Below are positions 29,123 through 39,009 of a stretch of 47,222 bases of DNA, one piece after another. Numbering within the stretch: the stretch's first letter is position 1; every line of letters starts with the position of its first letter. This stretch comes from Candidatus Altiarchaeota archaeon (GTDB taxonomy: Archaea > Altiarchaeota > Altiarchaeia > IMC4 > QMZM01), in NCBI GenBank assembly GCA_016931955.1, contig JAFGDV010000007.1, positions 1 to 47,222 on the forward strand. Direction: 5' to 3'. The translations under genes were made by a program, and so were the position numbers. The notes under the pieces are model-generated. The model was not told the origin of the DNA. It saw only the letters and a list, made by a program, of their open reading frames with translations, and made no database searches.

Positions 29123-29123
29123 G

Positions 29124-30104
29124 GTGATGTCTATGTGGCTTCAGACTAGGATGTATATATTGATCGGTTTGATGTTTGCCGTACTTTATGCTTTACTGGT
29201 TGCTGCTGGTGCATACGTCGGCGTAGGCAATTTCTTCTTCTATGCTGTGCTAGCTGTGGTCATGCTCTTCATCCAGTACATCATCGGACCGTCTTTGGTT
29301 GAGTGGTCTATGGGCGTAAGGTATGTGTCCCCCGAGGAGGCGCCTGAACTGCATCAGATGGTTGAAGAGCTCGCCCGTGCCGCAGGGATAAAGAAGCCCC
29401 GCGTCTGCATTTCCAAGATACAGGTCCCCAACGCCTTCGCCTTCGGTCGATCGATATCTGATGGTAGGGTATGCGTCACCGAAGGCATCCTGAGGCTTAT
29501 GGATAGGAGCGAGCTGCGGGCTGTTTTAGGCCATGAGCTCTCTCACATAAAGAACAGGGATGTTACAACAATGACATTGCTCTCCATAGTGCCCATCGTC
29601 TGCTGGCATCTGGCTTGGAGCTTTATGTTTTCGGGAAGGCGGGACAGAGGCAACGCCGTTTTTATCGGATTATTCGCGTTCCTGCTGTATTTCATAACCA
29701 ACCTGCTTGTAATGTATGGCTCAAGGATCAGGGAGTATTACGCAGACAAGGGGAGTGTCGAGCTCGGCAATCCGCCGCATCAGCTGGCGTCTGCATTATA
29801 CAAGCTCGTGTATGTGAGCGCCCGGGCTCCTAAGGATGCCCTAAAGCAGATGGAGGGCTATAAGGCCTTCTTCCTGAATGACCCTTCCAAGGCTGTTTCC
29901 GAGATAAGAGAATTAAGTGAACTGGATAGGGATATGAACGGAACCGTTGATGAAGAGGAATTAATGAACCTGAGGAGAAGTAAAGTCGGCGTGGGTTTCT
30001 CCGATCATCTGATGGAGTTATTGAGCACTCACCCGAACATGCTGAAGAGAATCAAGAACCTATCCACACTCTCCACAATGAGAGAAACCAGGGTGATATA
30101 TTAG
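29124..30104 (+). CDS. htpX: HtpX zinc metalloprotease (M48)
   Basis: PNAFAFG, HELSH, SRIREYYAD, STHP. The exact start is uncertain (29124-29133). Confidence 0.9.
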   Translation: MMSMWLQTRMYILIGLMFAVLYALLVAAGAYVGVGNFFFYAVLAVVMLFIQYIIGPSLVEWSMGVRYVSPEEAPELHQMVEELARAAGIKKPRVCISKIQVPNAFAFGRSISDGRVCVTEGILRLMDRSELRAVLGHELSHIKNRDVTTMTLLSIVPIVCWHLAWSFMFSGRRDRGNAVFIGLFAFLLYFITNLLVMYGSRIREYYADKGSVELGNPPHQLASALYKLVYVSARAPKDALKQMEGYKAFFLNDPSKAVSEIRELSELDRDMNGTVDEEELMNLRRSKVGVGFSDHLMELLSTHPNMLKRIKNLSTLSTMRETRVIY

Positions 30105-30136
30105 AGAGTTATGATCTCATATAACACGAATTATGG

Positions 30137-30382
30137 ATGATTCAAATGGAGTACAATAAGATCGTATATGCGACTTTTGCAGTGGGTTTGGTCTTTGTTT
30201 TCCTTTCGTTTCTTTTAGGTATACTAGCCCCCCCATCGAACCTCATATATTCAGGGAAAGTACTTGGAGTTTTTATAATCGCTGCCGGTCTTATAACCGG
30301 AGGTATCTTCTCAAAGGAGCAGGATATTCTAAGGGCTGCTATGATAGTCTCGGCAGCTTTGCTTGTTGCTGGGGTTTTTTGA
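30137..30382 (+). CDS. Small membrane protein (about three TM helices)
   Basis: Hydrophobic ORF whose stop overlaps the start of tatD. Confidence 0.6.
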   Translation: MIQMEYNKIVYATFAVGLVFVFLSFLLGILAPPSNLIYSGKVLGVFIIAAGLITGGIFSKEQDILRAAMIVSAALLVAGVF

Positions 30383-31146
30383 TGACAATGCTCATAGACG
30401 TGCATGCTCACCTGGATTTTCCCCAGTTTGATTCCGATAGGGAGAGGGTTATTGAAGACGCCCGGGAAACTGGTATCTTCATAGTCAACTCCGGTTTGGG
30501 TCCTTCTGGTATAGAGAAGACCCTTGATTTAGCGAGAAACCATGATAACGTTTTCGCAACCCTCGGCCTTTCCCCACAGGAATTCAGCCAGGAGACGATA
30601 GATAACACATTAGCGTTGATAAGAAAGCATAGTGCTGAAATCTTGGGCATCGGAGAAGTCGGGCTTGACTACTACTGGGTCAAGGATCCCTCTGACAGGA
30701 GAAAAGAAATAGGAAACCTTCAGGTCTTCATTGAATTGTCCAAGTCCTTGAGTCTTCCCTTGGTTATTCACTCGAGGGGTGCCGAAGGCGACGTGTTGAA
30801 GGTGTTGGAGGAGAATGACGTAAGAGCCTTATTGCATTGTTTTTCCGGGAGCTTTGAGCAGGCTGAAAGGGCTATCTCACTTGACTGCCTCATATCTATT
30901 CCAACATCCGTGGTTTATTCGAAGAACAAGCAAGGCCTGGTGAAGAGATTGCCTCTGGAGTCTATAGTCTTGGAGACCGATGCCCCGTATCTCTCCCCGA
31001 ACCCGAAGACGAGAAACGAGCCGAAGAATATCATGCTTTCAAGGGATAAAGTGGCTGAAATCAGGGGTTTGGATAAGCATGTTGTCGAGGAGACTACGAC
31101 TGAAAACGCTTTAAGGTTTTTTGATTTAAAGGTGAGTGTGACCTAA
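30379..31146 (+). CDS. tatD: TatD-family nuclease
   Basis: DVHAHL, IGEVGLDY, IHSR, HCFSG, LETDAPY. Confidence 0.92.
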   Translation: MMTMLIDVHAHLDFPQFDSDRERVIEDARETGIFIVNSGLGPSGIEKTLDLARNHDNVFATLGLSPQEFSQETIDNTLALIRKHSAEILGIGEVGLDYYWVKDPSDRRKEIGNLQVFIELSKSLSLPLVIHSRGAEGDVLKVLEENDVRALLHCFSGSFEQAERAISLDCLISIPTSVVYSKNKQGLVKRLPLESIVLETDAPYLSPNPKTRNEPKNIMLSRDKVAEIRGLDKHVVEETTTENALRFFDLKVSVT

Positions 31147-31159
31147 TCTTATTTGTCTT

Positions 31160-31792
31160 ATGGAATCCATTAAGAGGTTCTCGGATGTTATGCTGGAGCA
31201 GGCAAGGATTCTTTCAGATTACTTGAAGACTTATCCCTCCTTCTTCGAGAAACAGATGGGGGAGCTTGATAGATTGTGTGAGCTCATAGAGGGCAGCAGG
31301 TCTATACACGTGTATGGTAAAGGCAGGTCCGCTAACGCGGCGGTGAGCCTCGCCCTCAGATTGAAGCACTTTGGCTACAATGTCTGGTTCGTAGGCGACG
31401 TGGTTAAGGAGAGAATCAAGAAAGGGGATGTCTCCATTCTATTCTCTGGCTCCGGTGAGACGGCTGAGGTGGTTAATGTTGCGGCGAGGGCTAAGAAAGA
31501 CAAAGCATCCGTTATCACAATAACCTCATACCCAGACAGCACTTTAAGCAAGTACTCTGACCTAATAATCATTCTCCCGGGGGGTCTTGAAAAGAGGAAG
31601 GGCTGGGATTACCTGGAGGCTCAACTGGCCCCGGAATCCATGAAGGAGCCCCTCTTCTATGGCGGCGGGGAATTCGAGGCGATGGCTTATCTATTCCAGG
31701 AGACCTTGATTAGCGCGATAGGCAAACACAAGAAGATTCCCTCCTGCGCGGTGCTGAGGGAGCATGAACGCGATGAGATAATGGGTGAATGA
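31160..31792 (+). CDS. SIS-domain protein, probable 6-phospho-3-hexuloisomerase
   Basis: GKGRS, ALRLKHFG, FSGSGET, FE motif. Would complement Hps in the RuMP pathway. Confidence 0.75.
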   Translation: MESIKRFSDVMLEQARILSDYLKTYPSFFEKQMGELDRLCELIEGSRSIHVYGKGRSANAAVSLALRLKHFGYNVWFVGDVVKERIKKGDVSILFSGSGETAEVVNVAARAKKDKASVITITSYPDSTLSKYSDLIIILPGGLEKRKGWDYLEAQLAPESMKEPLFYGGGEFEAMAYLFQETLISAIGKHKKIPSCAVLREHERDEIMGE

Positions 31793-31795
31793 TAA

Positions 31796-32806
31796 ATGCC
31801 AGAAGAGATGACCTATTCTAAGGCTGGGGTCAGCATAGAGAGAGAGGAATTAGCTATAAGGAGTATGATAAACATCCTGCAAAGGACCTTCAAATTCCGC
31901 AAAGGCAAGCAAGGGGAAGTACTGGAGGACATCGGGACCTTCGCTAACGTCATCGATCTAGGGGACCAGGCGCTTGCCATGTGCACGGACGGCGTGGGCT
32001 CAAAGGTCCTAGTCGCCCAAGAACTTGGTAGATACAATACCATCGGCGTAGACGTCGTGGCTATGAACGTAAACGATCTCATATGTATTGGCGCGAGGCC
32101 CCTGGCGATGGTGGATTACCTTGCAGTGAGCAGGATTAACCCCGACATCATGAAGGAGATAGCCATTGGTATCTATGAGGGCGCGAAGCAGTCAGATATT
32201 GCGATAATCGGCGGAGAAACAGCAACCCTGCCAGACATAATAATGGGCGTAGACGGAAAGGGCTTTGACATCGCCGGCACAGCCATCGGCTTAGTCGACA
32301 AAGACAAGATCATCACAGGGGAAAAAATCAATTCCGGGGATGTGGTGCTCGGCTTCAGGAGTTCTGGAATACACTCCAATGGTTTGACTCTCGCTAGAAG
32401 GGTCCTCCCCAGGAACATGTGGATGGAATTACTCACCCCTACCAGGATCTACGTGAAGGAGGTCATCGAATTGTTAGGGAACTATGAAGTCCATGGCCTC
32501 GCGCACATAACCGGCGGCGGATTCAGGAACCTGTTGCGGATAACCCCCTTAGGATTCCTCCTTGACAGTCTTCCCGCCCCGCAGATGATATTCAAGAAGA
32601 TACAAGAGCTGGGTAACGTCTCCGACAAGGAGATGTATAAGACATTCAACATGGGCGTCGGCTTCTGTGTTATCCTGGATGGGTCCTCCGCCGACGAAAT
32701 CATTAAAAAGTATGGCAACAAGTGGAAGATCAGCAGGATCGGCAGCATTACAGGGGATGGGGGTGTCAAGATAGTTAAGGAAGGCGGCGAAATAATATTC
32801 CAGTGA
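31796..32806 (+). CDS. purM: Phosphoribosylformylglycinamidine cyclo-ligase
   Basis: TYSKAGV, TDGVGSK, GGETA, SSGIHSNG, HITGGG, TFNMGVG. Confidence 0.95.
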   Translation: MPEEMTYSKAGVSIEREELAIRSMINILQRTFKFRKGKQGEVLEDIGTFANVIDLGDQALAMCTDGVGSKVLVAQELGRYNTIGVDVVAMNVNDLICIGARPLAMVDYLAVSRINPDIMKEIAIGIYEGAKQSDIAIIGGETATLPDIIMGVDGKGFDIAGTAIGLVDKDKIITGEKINSGDVVLGFRSSGIHSNGLTLARRVLPRNMWMELLTPTRIYVKEVIELLGNYEVHGLAHITGGGFRNLLRITPLGFLLDSLPAPQMIFKKIQELGNVSDKEMYKTFNMGVGFCVILDGSSADEIIKKYGNKWKISRIGSITGDGGVKIVKEGGEIIFQ

Positions 32807-32842
32807 TTTTTTTATGTAATCTAAGATAATAATGGGATTAAA

Positions 32843-33757
32843 ATGCCTATACAAGAGGTCGAAAAGATTTGGATGAATGGAAAACTCGTTAACTGGGACG
32901 ACGCCAGAATTCATGTATTGACTCATGCACTGCACTATGGCTCCGGCGTCTTTGAGGGAATCCGGTGCTATTGCACAGAGAAGGGCCCCGCAGTCTTCCG
33001 CCTCAGGGATCACATTCAGCGACTCCACGATTCAGCGAAGATATATCGTATGAAGGTTCCGTACAGCGTGGATGAGCTTTGTAAGGCGACGAAGGATCTC
33101 ATAAGGGTGAATAAGTTGAAGGAATGCTATATCCGCCCCATCGTCTTCCGCAGCTACGGCGAGATGGGTTTAAGCCCTTTGAAGGCTCCGATCGACACAT
33201 CAATCGCGGTTTGGCCTTGGGGCACCTACCTCGGGGAGGATGGATTGAAGAACGGCATCAAGGCGAAGATATCCTCCGTCCAGAGGATCTCTCCCAACAT
33301 ACTGCCTTCAAGCGCTAAAGCCACCGGCCAATACATTAACTCGATCCTGGCAAAGCTTGAGGTCTTGGACTGCGGCTATGACGAAGCCATCATGCTCGAC
33401 TTCCGAGGCTTCGTCTCCGAGGGCCCTGGAGAGAACATCTTCATGGTCAAGGACTCTGTACTGTATACGCCGCCTGTTCACGCCAGCATCCTGCCGGGGA
33501 TCACCAGGGATTCTGTGAAGGAGATAGCCTCTGATTTTGGCGTCTGTATCAGGGAAACGGATATTGCAAGGAACATGCTCTATAACGCGGACGAAGCATT
33601 CTATACTGGAACCGCTGCCGAGATCACTCCCATACGGCAGATAGACGGCATAGAGTTGGGTCCGCCTGGTCCGACAACGAAGAAGATTCAGAGAAAATTC
33701 TTCGACACCGTGAAGGGTAAAGATCGGCAGTATGAGAAGTGGCTGGACTATGTTTGA
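32843..33757 (+). CDS. ilvE: Branched-chain amino acid aminotransferase
   Basis: LHYGSGVFEGIR, YIRP, EGPGENIF, LPGITR, GTAAE. Confidence 0.95.
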   Translation: MPIQEVEKIWMNGKLVNWDDARIHVLTHALHYGSGVFEGIRCYCTEKGPAVFRLRDHIQRLHDSAKIYRMKVPYSVDELCKATKDLIRVNKLKECYIRPIVFRSYGEMGLSPLKAPIDTSIAVWPWGTYLGEDGLKNGIKAKISSVQRISPNILPSSAKATGQYINSILAKLEVLDCGYDEAIMLDFRGFVSEGPGENIFMVKDSVLYTPPVHASILPGITRDSVKEIASDFGVCIRETDIARNMLYNADEAFYTGTAAEITPIRQIDGIELGPPGPTTKKIQRKFFDTVKGKDRQYEKWLDYV

Positions 33758-33770
33758 TTCTTTGTCTTTT

Positions 33771-34166
33771 TTACCATATCTCTAATCTAAGATCCTTTAT
33801 CCTCTTGAAATGCTCTAGCTTTCTGGTAATCAGGGCTTCGTCATTTGCTATGGCTATTGAAGCTATGATGACGTCCATGTCTCTGATCTGATAGCCGGAT
33901 GTTCTTAGTTTTTCTATGAGTTCGCCTGCTATCTTTGAGGATTTTAGGTTGAAATCCAAGACCTTCAGATTCTTTAGTATATTTTCTACTAGAGCCAGGT
34001 TTTCATTGGGACGAGATGACCTGAATGCTACCCTGAATAACTCGCAGGCGGTTATAGTAGTTGTTGACATCGTTGTTCCCTTATCCTCTAGGCTTTTTAT
34101 TTTGTCTACTGCGTCTTTGTCGCCTCGGATTAGACCGACCAGTAAATCGGTGTCAGAACAGGGCAT
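33771..34166 (-). CDS. vapC: VapC PIN-domain toxin
   Basis: DTDLL, E at TACEL, D at DVIIASIA, T.R...HF. Confidence 0.85.
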   Translation of the reverse strand: MPCSDTDLLVGLIRGDKDAVDKIKSLEDKGTTMSTTTITACELFRVAFRSSRPNENLALVENILKNLKVLDFNLKSSKIAGELIEKLRTSGYQIRDMDVIIASIAIANDEALITRKLEHFKRIKDLRLEIW

Positions 34167-34390
34167 TATAGTTTAACCTCCCTGATTTTGATTTTTTCTC
34201 TTTCCTTCAGTATATTGTCAAATATCTTGACTAGCTCTTTCTTGTCTCCCTTCCATTTCCCGGCGAATTCTGTGATAGGCTTCTTTTTTTCAGTTATTTT
34301 CATAACCACGTCTGAGAAGGATTCTTTTTTGCCTTTTATCGAGGATAGTCTTGAATAAGCCGCGTTGGATAGGGATATTACCTTTGTCAC
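34166..34390 (-). CDS. vapB: Archaeal VapB-type antitoxin (DUF217-like)
   Basis: GTG start at 34390. TKVISLS..AY.RL...K...ESFSDVV motif, coupled to vapC, with TATA at 34412-34419. Confidence 0.82.
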   Translation of the reverse strand: MTKVISLSNAAYSRLSSIKGKKESFSDVVMKITEKKKPITEFAGKWKGDKKELVKIFDNILKEREKIKIREVKL

Positions 34391-34443
34391 ATCAATATAT
34401 ATGCATACACATATATAAACAATGCCCGGCATTTGCCAAGAAA

Positions 34444-35127
34444 TCAGCCGCTCTCTATTATAGTTCCCTTGAATTCTCTTCCTTCTATCGCATTCCTCAT
34501 GTTCCCCAAGTCTCTTCCATTGAGGAATATTGTTTTTATCCTGGATCTCTGGATTATCTTCGCAGCCAATATGTCCATGAGCTCGTATTTTCCTGCACCC
34601 ATCGGATAGGCACTGACCATGTCTACGAGTTCCTCGACGGTAAGCCTTTCCTTCATCTTCGCGTCCTTGTGTTCCTTCGGGTCTTTGTCGTATATCCCTT
34701 CCACGTTGCTTGCATTGATCAGTAGATCTGCTCGAATGTATTCAGCCAGCAATGCAGCAACAGCATCCGTTGAATGCCCTGGGTGGGTGCCTCCCATCAC
34801 CACGATCTTCCCGAAGTTGAGCGCCTTCAATGCCCCTATAAAGTCCTTAGGCGGCTCCAAGGTGGCCTTTTCGCCTATCACCGCAGACAACAGCCTTGCA
34901 TTCAGTTTAGTCGCAGTTATCCCTATAAGATCGCAGAATATCTCGGATGCGCCGAACTTTCTGGCATTCTCTATGTATTTCCTCGCCAGCCTCCCCCCGC
35001 CCGTGACGATCGAGATCTGGTTTTTCTTTGATATCTCGTTCATCATCTCGGCTAAGTATTTGGCATAGCTCATGTCTATCTCGTCCGGCACCAGTATTGA
35101 TCCCCCTATTGAGATGACTATCTTCAT
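34444..35127 (-). CDS. pyrH: Uridylate kinase (archaeal type)
   Basis: SIGGS, VTGGG..AR.YI, GGTHPGHSTD, GIYDKDP. Confidence 0.94.
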   Translation of the reverse strand: MKIVISIGGSILVPDEIDMSYAKYLAEMMNEISKKNQISIVTGGGRLARKYIENARKFGASEIFCDLIGITATKLNARLLSAVIGEKATLEPPKDFIGALKALNFGKIVVMGGTHPGHSTDAVAALLAEYIRADLLINASNVEGIYDKDPKEHKDAKMKERLTVEELVDMVSAYPMGAGKYELMDILAAKIIQRSRIKTIFLNGRDLGNMRNAIEGREFKGTIIESG

Positions 35128-35165
35128 TTTCGCCCAGTTAATTTATCACGCTTCTAATTAAATAT

Positions 35166-36080
35166 ATGCGGGAATCGAATAAAATAGACCTGCTCGTCTT
35201 CGGGGATACGGCGATAGACTACTTCTATGAGGTGGAGCAGATTCCGAAGGTCAACAACGCAGCCGACGTCTTCCGTGCTAGGCAGTTCTATGGCGGCATG
35301 GGCGCTAACACGGCGGTTGTGGCGCACGCACTCGGCCTGAAAACGGGATTGGTGAGCGTTATAGGAACTGACGCTGAGGACTATCGGAAATACATGGAGA
35401 ACCTCGGCATAAGGCTTTACCTGAAGGGCATCTTCGGCGACACAACCAAGTCGATTTTCTTCAAGGACAGGGAAAACCAGCTGATCAGCTTCTTTTATAA
35501 GGGCGTCACCGAAAAACTGGATGAGCTGGACTTCAAGAAAGACCTTGAAGTGGATGAAGTGGATATTGAAGAGGCTAAGTGCGTCTACATGGCGAGAACC
35601 TACCTCGACCTTCAGAGGAAGGTTGCACGGCACTGCAGACGAGCCTTTCTTGTGTATAACCCGGGTTATGGTGTTTTCAGGTTTAAGACCGTTCCTGAAT
35701 CATTCTATAAGATATTGAAGAACACAGACGTTCTGGTGTTGAATCACCACGAGCTACAGCATCTGAAGGGCATTGGCTTCAAATTGGGCTTCAACCTTGG
35801 CCCTTCGGTCTTCCTTATCACTAAGGGCGGTATGGGCTGTAACATCTACTCCAAGAACGCTGAAATCAATGTTCCGGCATACAAGACTACGGTGGTGGAT
35901 GCTGCCGGTGCAGGCGACGCCTTCAACTCCGGCTTTATTGCAGCACATGTCCGCGGGTTTGATGTCTATAACGCGGTCAAGGTTGGCAACGCCACAGCGT
36001 CCTTTATCGTCGAAGAATGGGGTTGCCAGACAAACCTGCCCACGTGGGAGATGGTCATGGAGAGATACAAGAAGCTCTAG
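35166..36080 (+). CDS. PfkB-family carbohydrate/nucleoside kinase
   Basis: GGMGANTA, N..E, ITKG..G, DAAGAGDAF. Confidence 0.9.
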   Translation: MRESNKIDLLVFGDTAIDYFYEVEQIPKVNNAADVFRARQFYGGMGANTAVVAHALGLKTGLVSVIGTDAEDYRKYMENLGIRLYLKGIFGDTTKSIFFKDRENQLISFFYKGVTEKLDELDFKKDLEVDEVDIEEAKCVYMARTYLDLQRKVARHCRRAFLVYNPGYGVFRFKTVPESFYKILKNTDVLVLNHHELQHLKGIGFKLGFNLGPSVFLITKGGMGCNIYSKNAEINVPAYKTTVVDAAGAGDAFNSGFIAAHVRGFDVYNAVKVGNATASFIVEEWGCQTNLPTWEMVMERYKKL

Positions 36081-38934
36081 TGCGATCCCTCTCCTTCAGT
36101 ATCTCCATCTTCACCTCGATCTCTATCAATTGTTTCTCGTATTCCTTCATCAGCTCACTGAAGGCGTATTCGTCCAGTTCTCTTTCATAGAATTTCTTCC
36201 TTACGGCTTCTATCTTCCTCTCTACCTCCCCTCGCTGGGGGATAAGCTTCTTTAACTCCTCTCTCTCAGAGCGCATATCCGTCTTCTGTCTTTCTTCCCC
36301 CTTTTCCCTGGACTTCCGTATATCATCCACGAGTTCGCTGTAGAATTCTGCTTCGCCGCTCTCAGTTATCTGTTTCTCTGCGGCATGATACCATGGAGTC
36401 AGCGACGTCTTGCATTCCTTTATCACCTTAACGAAGTCTTCCATATTTATCCTTCTCTCCTCGCCGCCCTTCAGCGCCTCCTGCCAGGGTATTTCCGTCG
36501 ATTGATCACATATAACCTTTATGTCGGATGCAGCATATCCCTCAGTTAATTCCGCCAGCCTCGTGAAGTCCACGTCTACAGCAAGCGGCTTATCCTTGGT
36601 ATGTATCCTGAAGATATCCTCCCTCGCCTCCCTATCGGGTGGGGGCACCAGCATCTGTTTTGTGAATCTCTCCGATCTCCTCAACGCTGGGTCGATGTTC
36701 CATGGGGCGTTCGTGGCTGCCATGATAACCAATCCCTTGGTCTTCTTGAATCCGTCTAGCTCTGTCAGGAATGAGTCGATGAGCCTCCTCCCTGATTCAC
36801 TACTCACTTGGTCTCTCCTACCTGTTATCGCATCCAGTTCGTCGAAGAACAGAATGGAGGGAGTATTTCTGCTCGCTCTCTCGAATATCCCCTGAATGTT
36901 TTTCTCTGATTCGCCCACTCTGTCTGAGAGTATGTCGGTAAGCTTTATATTGAAGAACGCCACACTGCACTCTCCGGCTGTGGCCCTCGCAATGTATGTT
37001 TTACCGCAGCCAGGCGGCCCGTATAAGAGCAGGGATCCCCCGACCTCTTTCCTGTATTGTTTAGCCAATTCCGGGTCCGTTATAGGATACACGATAAGCT
37101 TCTTTATCTCTTCCTTCACTTCCCCCATGCCGCCCACGTCGCTGAAGTCTATCTCGGGCTTCTCTGCCTCATCCACTCCGCCGCCGTATTTCAGTATTTG
37201 CTTCGCCAAGTCTTCGAAGAATCTCTCCTCTCCGCTGGATTTCAATTCCTTGTACGCCATCTTGAACCACGGTATGAGAGATGATTTCTGCTTTTTCAGG
37301 GCCTCTTGGAAGTCTCTCATATTGATCTTTCTCTCTTTCCCTCCTTTTAATGCCTCCTCCCAGGGTTTTTCTGCTGCTTTCTCGCATATCGCCTTTATGT
37401 CTGATGAGGAGTAGTCTTCCGTTAATTCCGCCAGCCTCTTGAAGTCCACGTCTACAGCAAGCGGCTTATCCTTGGTATGTATCCTGAAGATTTCCTCCCT
37501 CGCCTTCTGGTCTGGTGATGGGATGAATATGTGTTTTGTGAATCTGACTGATCTCCTCAACGCTGGGTCGATGTTCCATGGCTCATTGGTTGCTGCAATG
37601 ATTAACACATCCTTTCCCAGTGTCTCGACTCCGTCCATCTCCATGAGGAATTGGTCTATCTCCATTTTTTCTGCGTACTCTATGGCACCTTCTCTGCGGC
37701 CTCCTATCGCGTCCAGTTCGTCGAAGAATATTACTGCTGGGGAATTCTTAGACGCTTCCTCGAATACCTTGTGCAGGCTTTCGGCTTCCGCCTGAACCCC
37801 TCTCTCCACTATCTCGCTTATGTTTACGTTGAAGAATGGCATCCCGCTTTCCCCTATCGTGGCCTTAGCTATGTATGTTTTTCCGCAGCCGGGCGGACCA
37901 TACAACAGTATCGCTCCCCCAGATTTTTTCCCGAAGTCTTTTGCGAGTTCTGGGTTCATTAGCGGGTAAAGCAGCGACTCAGTTATTTCTTTTTTGACTT
38001 CTTCCATGCCGCCTACGTCGCTGAAGTCTATGGTGGGTTCCTCTATCGGTATCGAGCCTTCTGCCGAGATCGACACGCTTAATGCTACTGGTTTGAGTTT
38101 CACCCCCGGCTTTATCTTTGTGAAGGGGTCGTGGATGAATCTTACTGGAAAATACCTCTCTGGGGATTTGATTTTGTGTCTGTCTTTTCTCTTATAGAAT
38201 GCCTGCATGTAGGGTATGAAGGTTATCCCCTTAATCACGACCTTTGCTTCGAACAGGTTTGTGAGCAGCTGCGACATCATATCTATCGAGTATCTTATGT
38301 TGTCTTTCTTGTATGTGTCATCTATCGTATCCACCTCTGAGATCGAGTTTGACATATCATAGCATTTGTTGTTGAACTTCGGTAGATGCACTTCTGCTTT
38401 AACGCGTTCTTTCACAACGGTCTTGTGCTGTTCTTCGGGGTTTAGTTCGTCCCATATTCCCTTGAATAACATAAGCCATGTGTCCTTGTAGTCCTTTAGG
38501 TAGTTGAGCTGCGCCAGATCCATTATAGCGTTTTGGTCCAGGTTTTCTGCGTACAGGAAGCTGGTTCTCATCAAGGCCCCGAGTGTTCTGACGGATACTG
38601 GAGGCAGGTTTATTATCTTCCTCAGGATGTCTTCCCTCTTTATCATGTGCCCGTGTGTCATGTATAGGTCAGCGTTCGCCAGGTCAACATAGAAGTGGTT
38701 CTCCTTTGTCTCATATATCACCTGCTCTCCTACTACGCCTTTGTGTGTTTCCTCCATCCTCGAGACCCTGTATTTCGCCAGCGGACGGTATGCTTTCACT
38801 ATCTCTGTCTTCTCCTTGAACAGCAGGCTGTTTACCAATCTCGAAACTATGTTTTTTCTGAGTCTCTTCTCTTGTCTTTTTTCCGCGCCCTCGGATATTG
38901 CAAAGGATCTGGTCTCAACCCTCTGTATTTTCAT
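36055..38934 (-). CDS. Tandem (D1-D2) AAA+ ATPase, paralog 1, with ~290-aa uncharacterised N-domain and SHOCT-like/coiled-coil C-tail
   Basis: Two modules, each with GPPGCGKT, FFDELD and ATNxPWNIDPALRR. Confidence 0.9.
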   Translation of the reverse strand: MKIQRVETRSFAISEGAEKRQEKRLRKNIVSRLVNSLLFKEKTEIVKAYRPLAKYRVSRMEETHKGVVGEQVIYETKENHFYVDLANADLYMTHGHMIKREDILRKIINLPPVSVRTLGALMRTSFLYAENLDQNAIMDLAQLNYLKDYKDTWLMLFKGIWDELNPEEQHKTVVKERVKAEVHLPKFNNKCYDMSNSISEVDTIDDTYKKDNIRYSIDMMSQLLTNLFEAKVVIKGITFIPYMQAFYKRKDRHKIKSPERYFPVRFIHDPFTKIKPGVKLKPVALSVSISAEGSIPIEEPTIDFSDVGGMEEVKKEITESLLYPLMNPELAKDFGKKSGGAILLYGPPGCGKTYIAKATIGESGMPFFNVNISEIVERGVQAEAESLHKVFEEASKNSPAVIFFDELDAIGGRREGAIEYAEKMEIDQFLMEMDGVETLGKDVLIIAATNEPWNIDPALRRSVRFTKHIFIPSPDQKAREEIFRIHTKDKPLAVDVDFKRLAELTEDYSSSDIKAICEKAAEKPWEEALKGGKERKINMRDFQEALKKQKSSLIPWFKMAYKELKSSGEERFFEDLAKQILKYGGGVDEAEKPEIDFSDVGGMGEVKEEIKKLIVYPITDPELAKQYRKEVGGSLLLYGPPGCGKTYIARATAGECSVAFFNIKLTDILSDRVGESEKNIQGIFERASRNTPSILFFDELDAITGRRDQVSSESGRRLIDSFLTELDGFKKTKGLVIMAATNAPWNIDPALRRSERFTKQMLVPPPDREAREDIFRIHTKDKPLAVDVDFTRLAELTEGYAASDIKVICDQSTEIPWQEALKGGEERRINMEDFVKVIKECKTSLTPWYHAAEKQITESGEAEFYSELVDDIRKSREKGEERQKTDMRSEREELKKLIPQRGEVERKIEAVRKKFYERELDEYAFSELMKEYEKQLIEIEVKMEILKERDRTRASCISP

Positions 38935-39009
38935 CTGCCTGTTAAATTATATCCTATATGCCTTTTTATAGATGTCGGGGAAAATACATACCTATAATGA
39001 GGTGATCCA

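Noticed and set aside
36545-37581. Diversity-generating retroelement TR/VR pair
   Set aside because: Both copies are in-frame equivalent parts of D1 and D2, the mismatches are not adenine-specific, and no reverse transcriptase is present.
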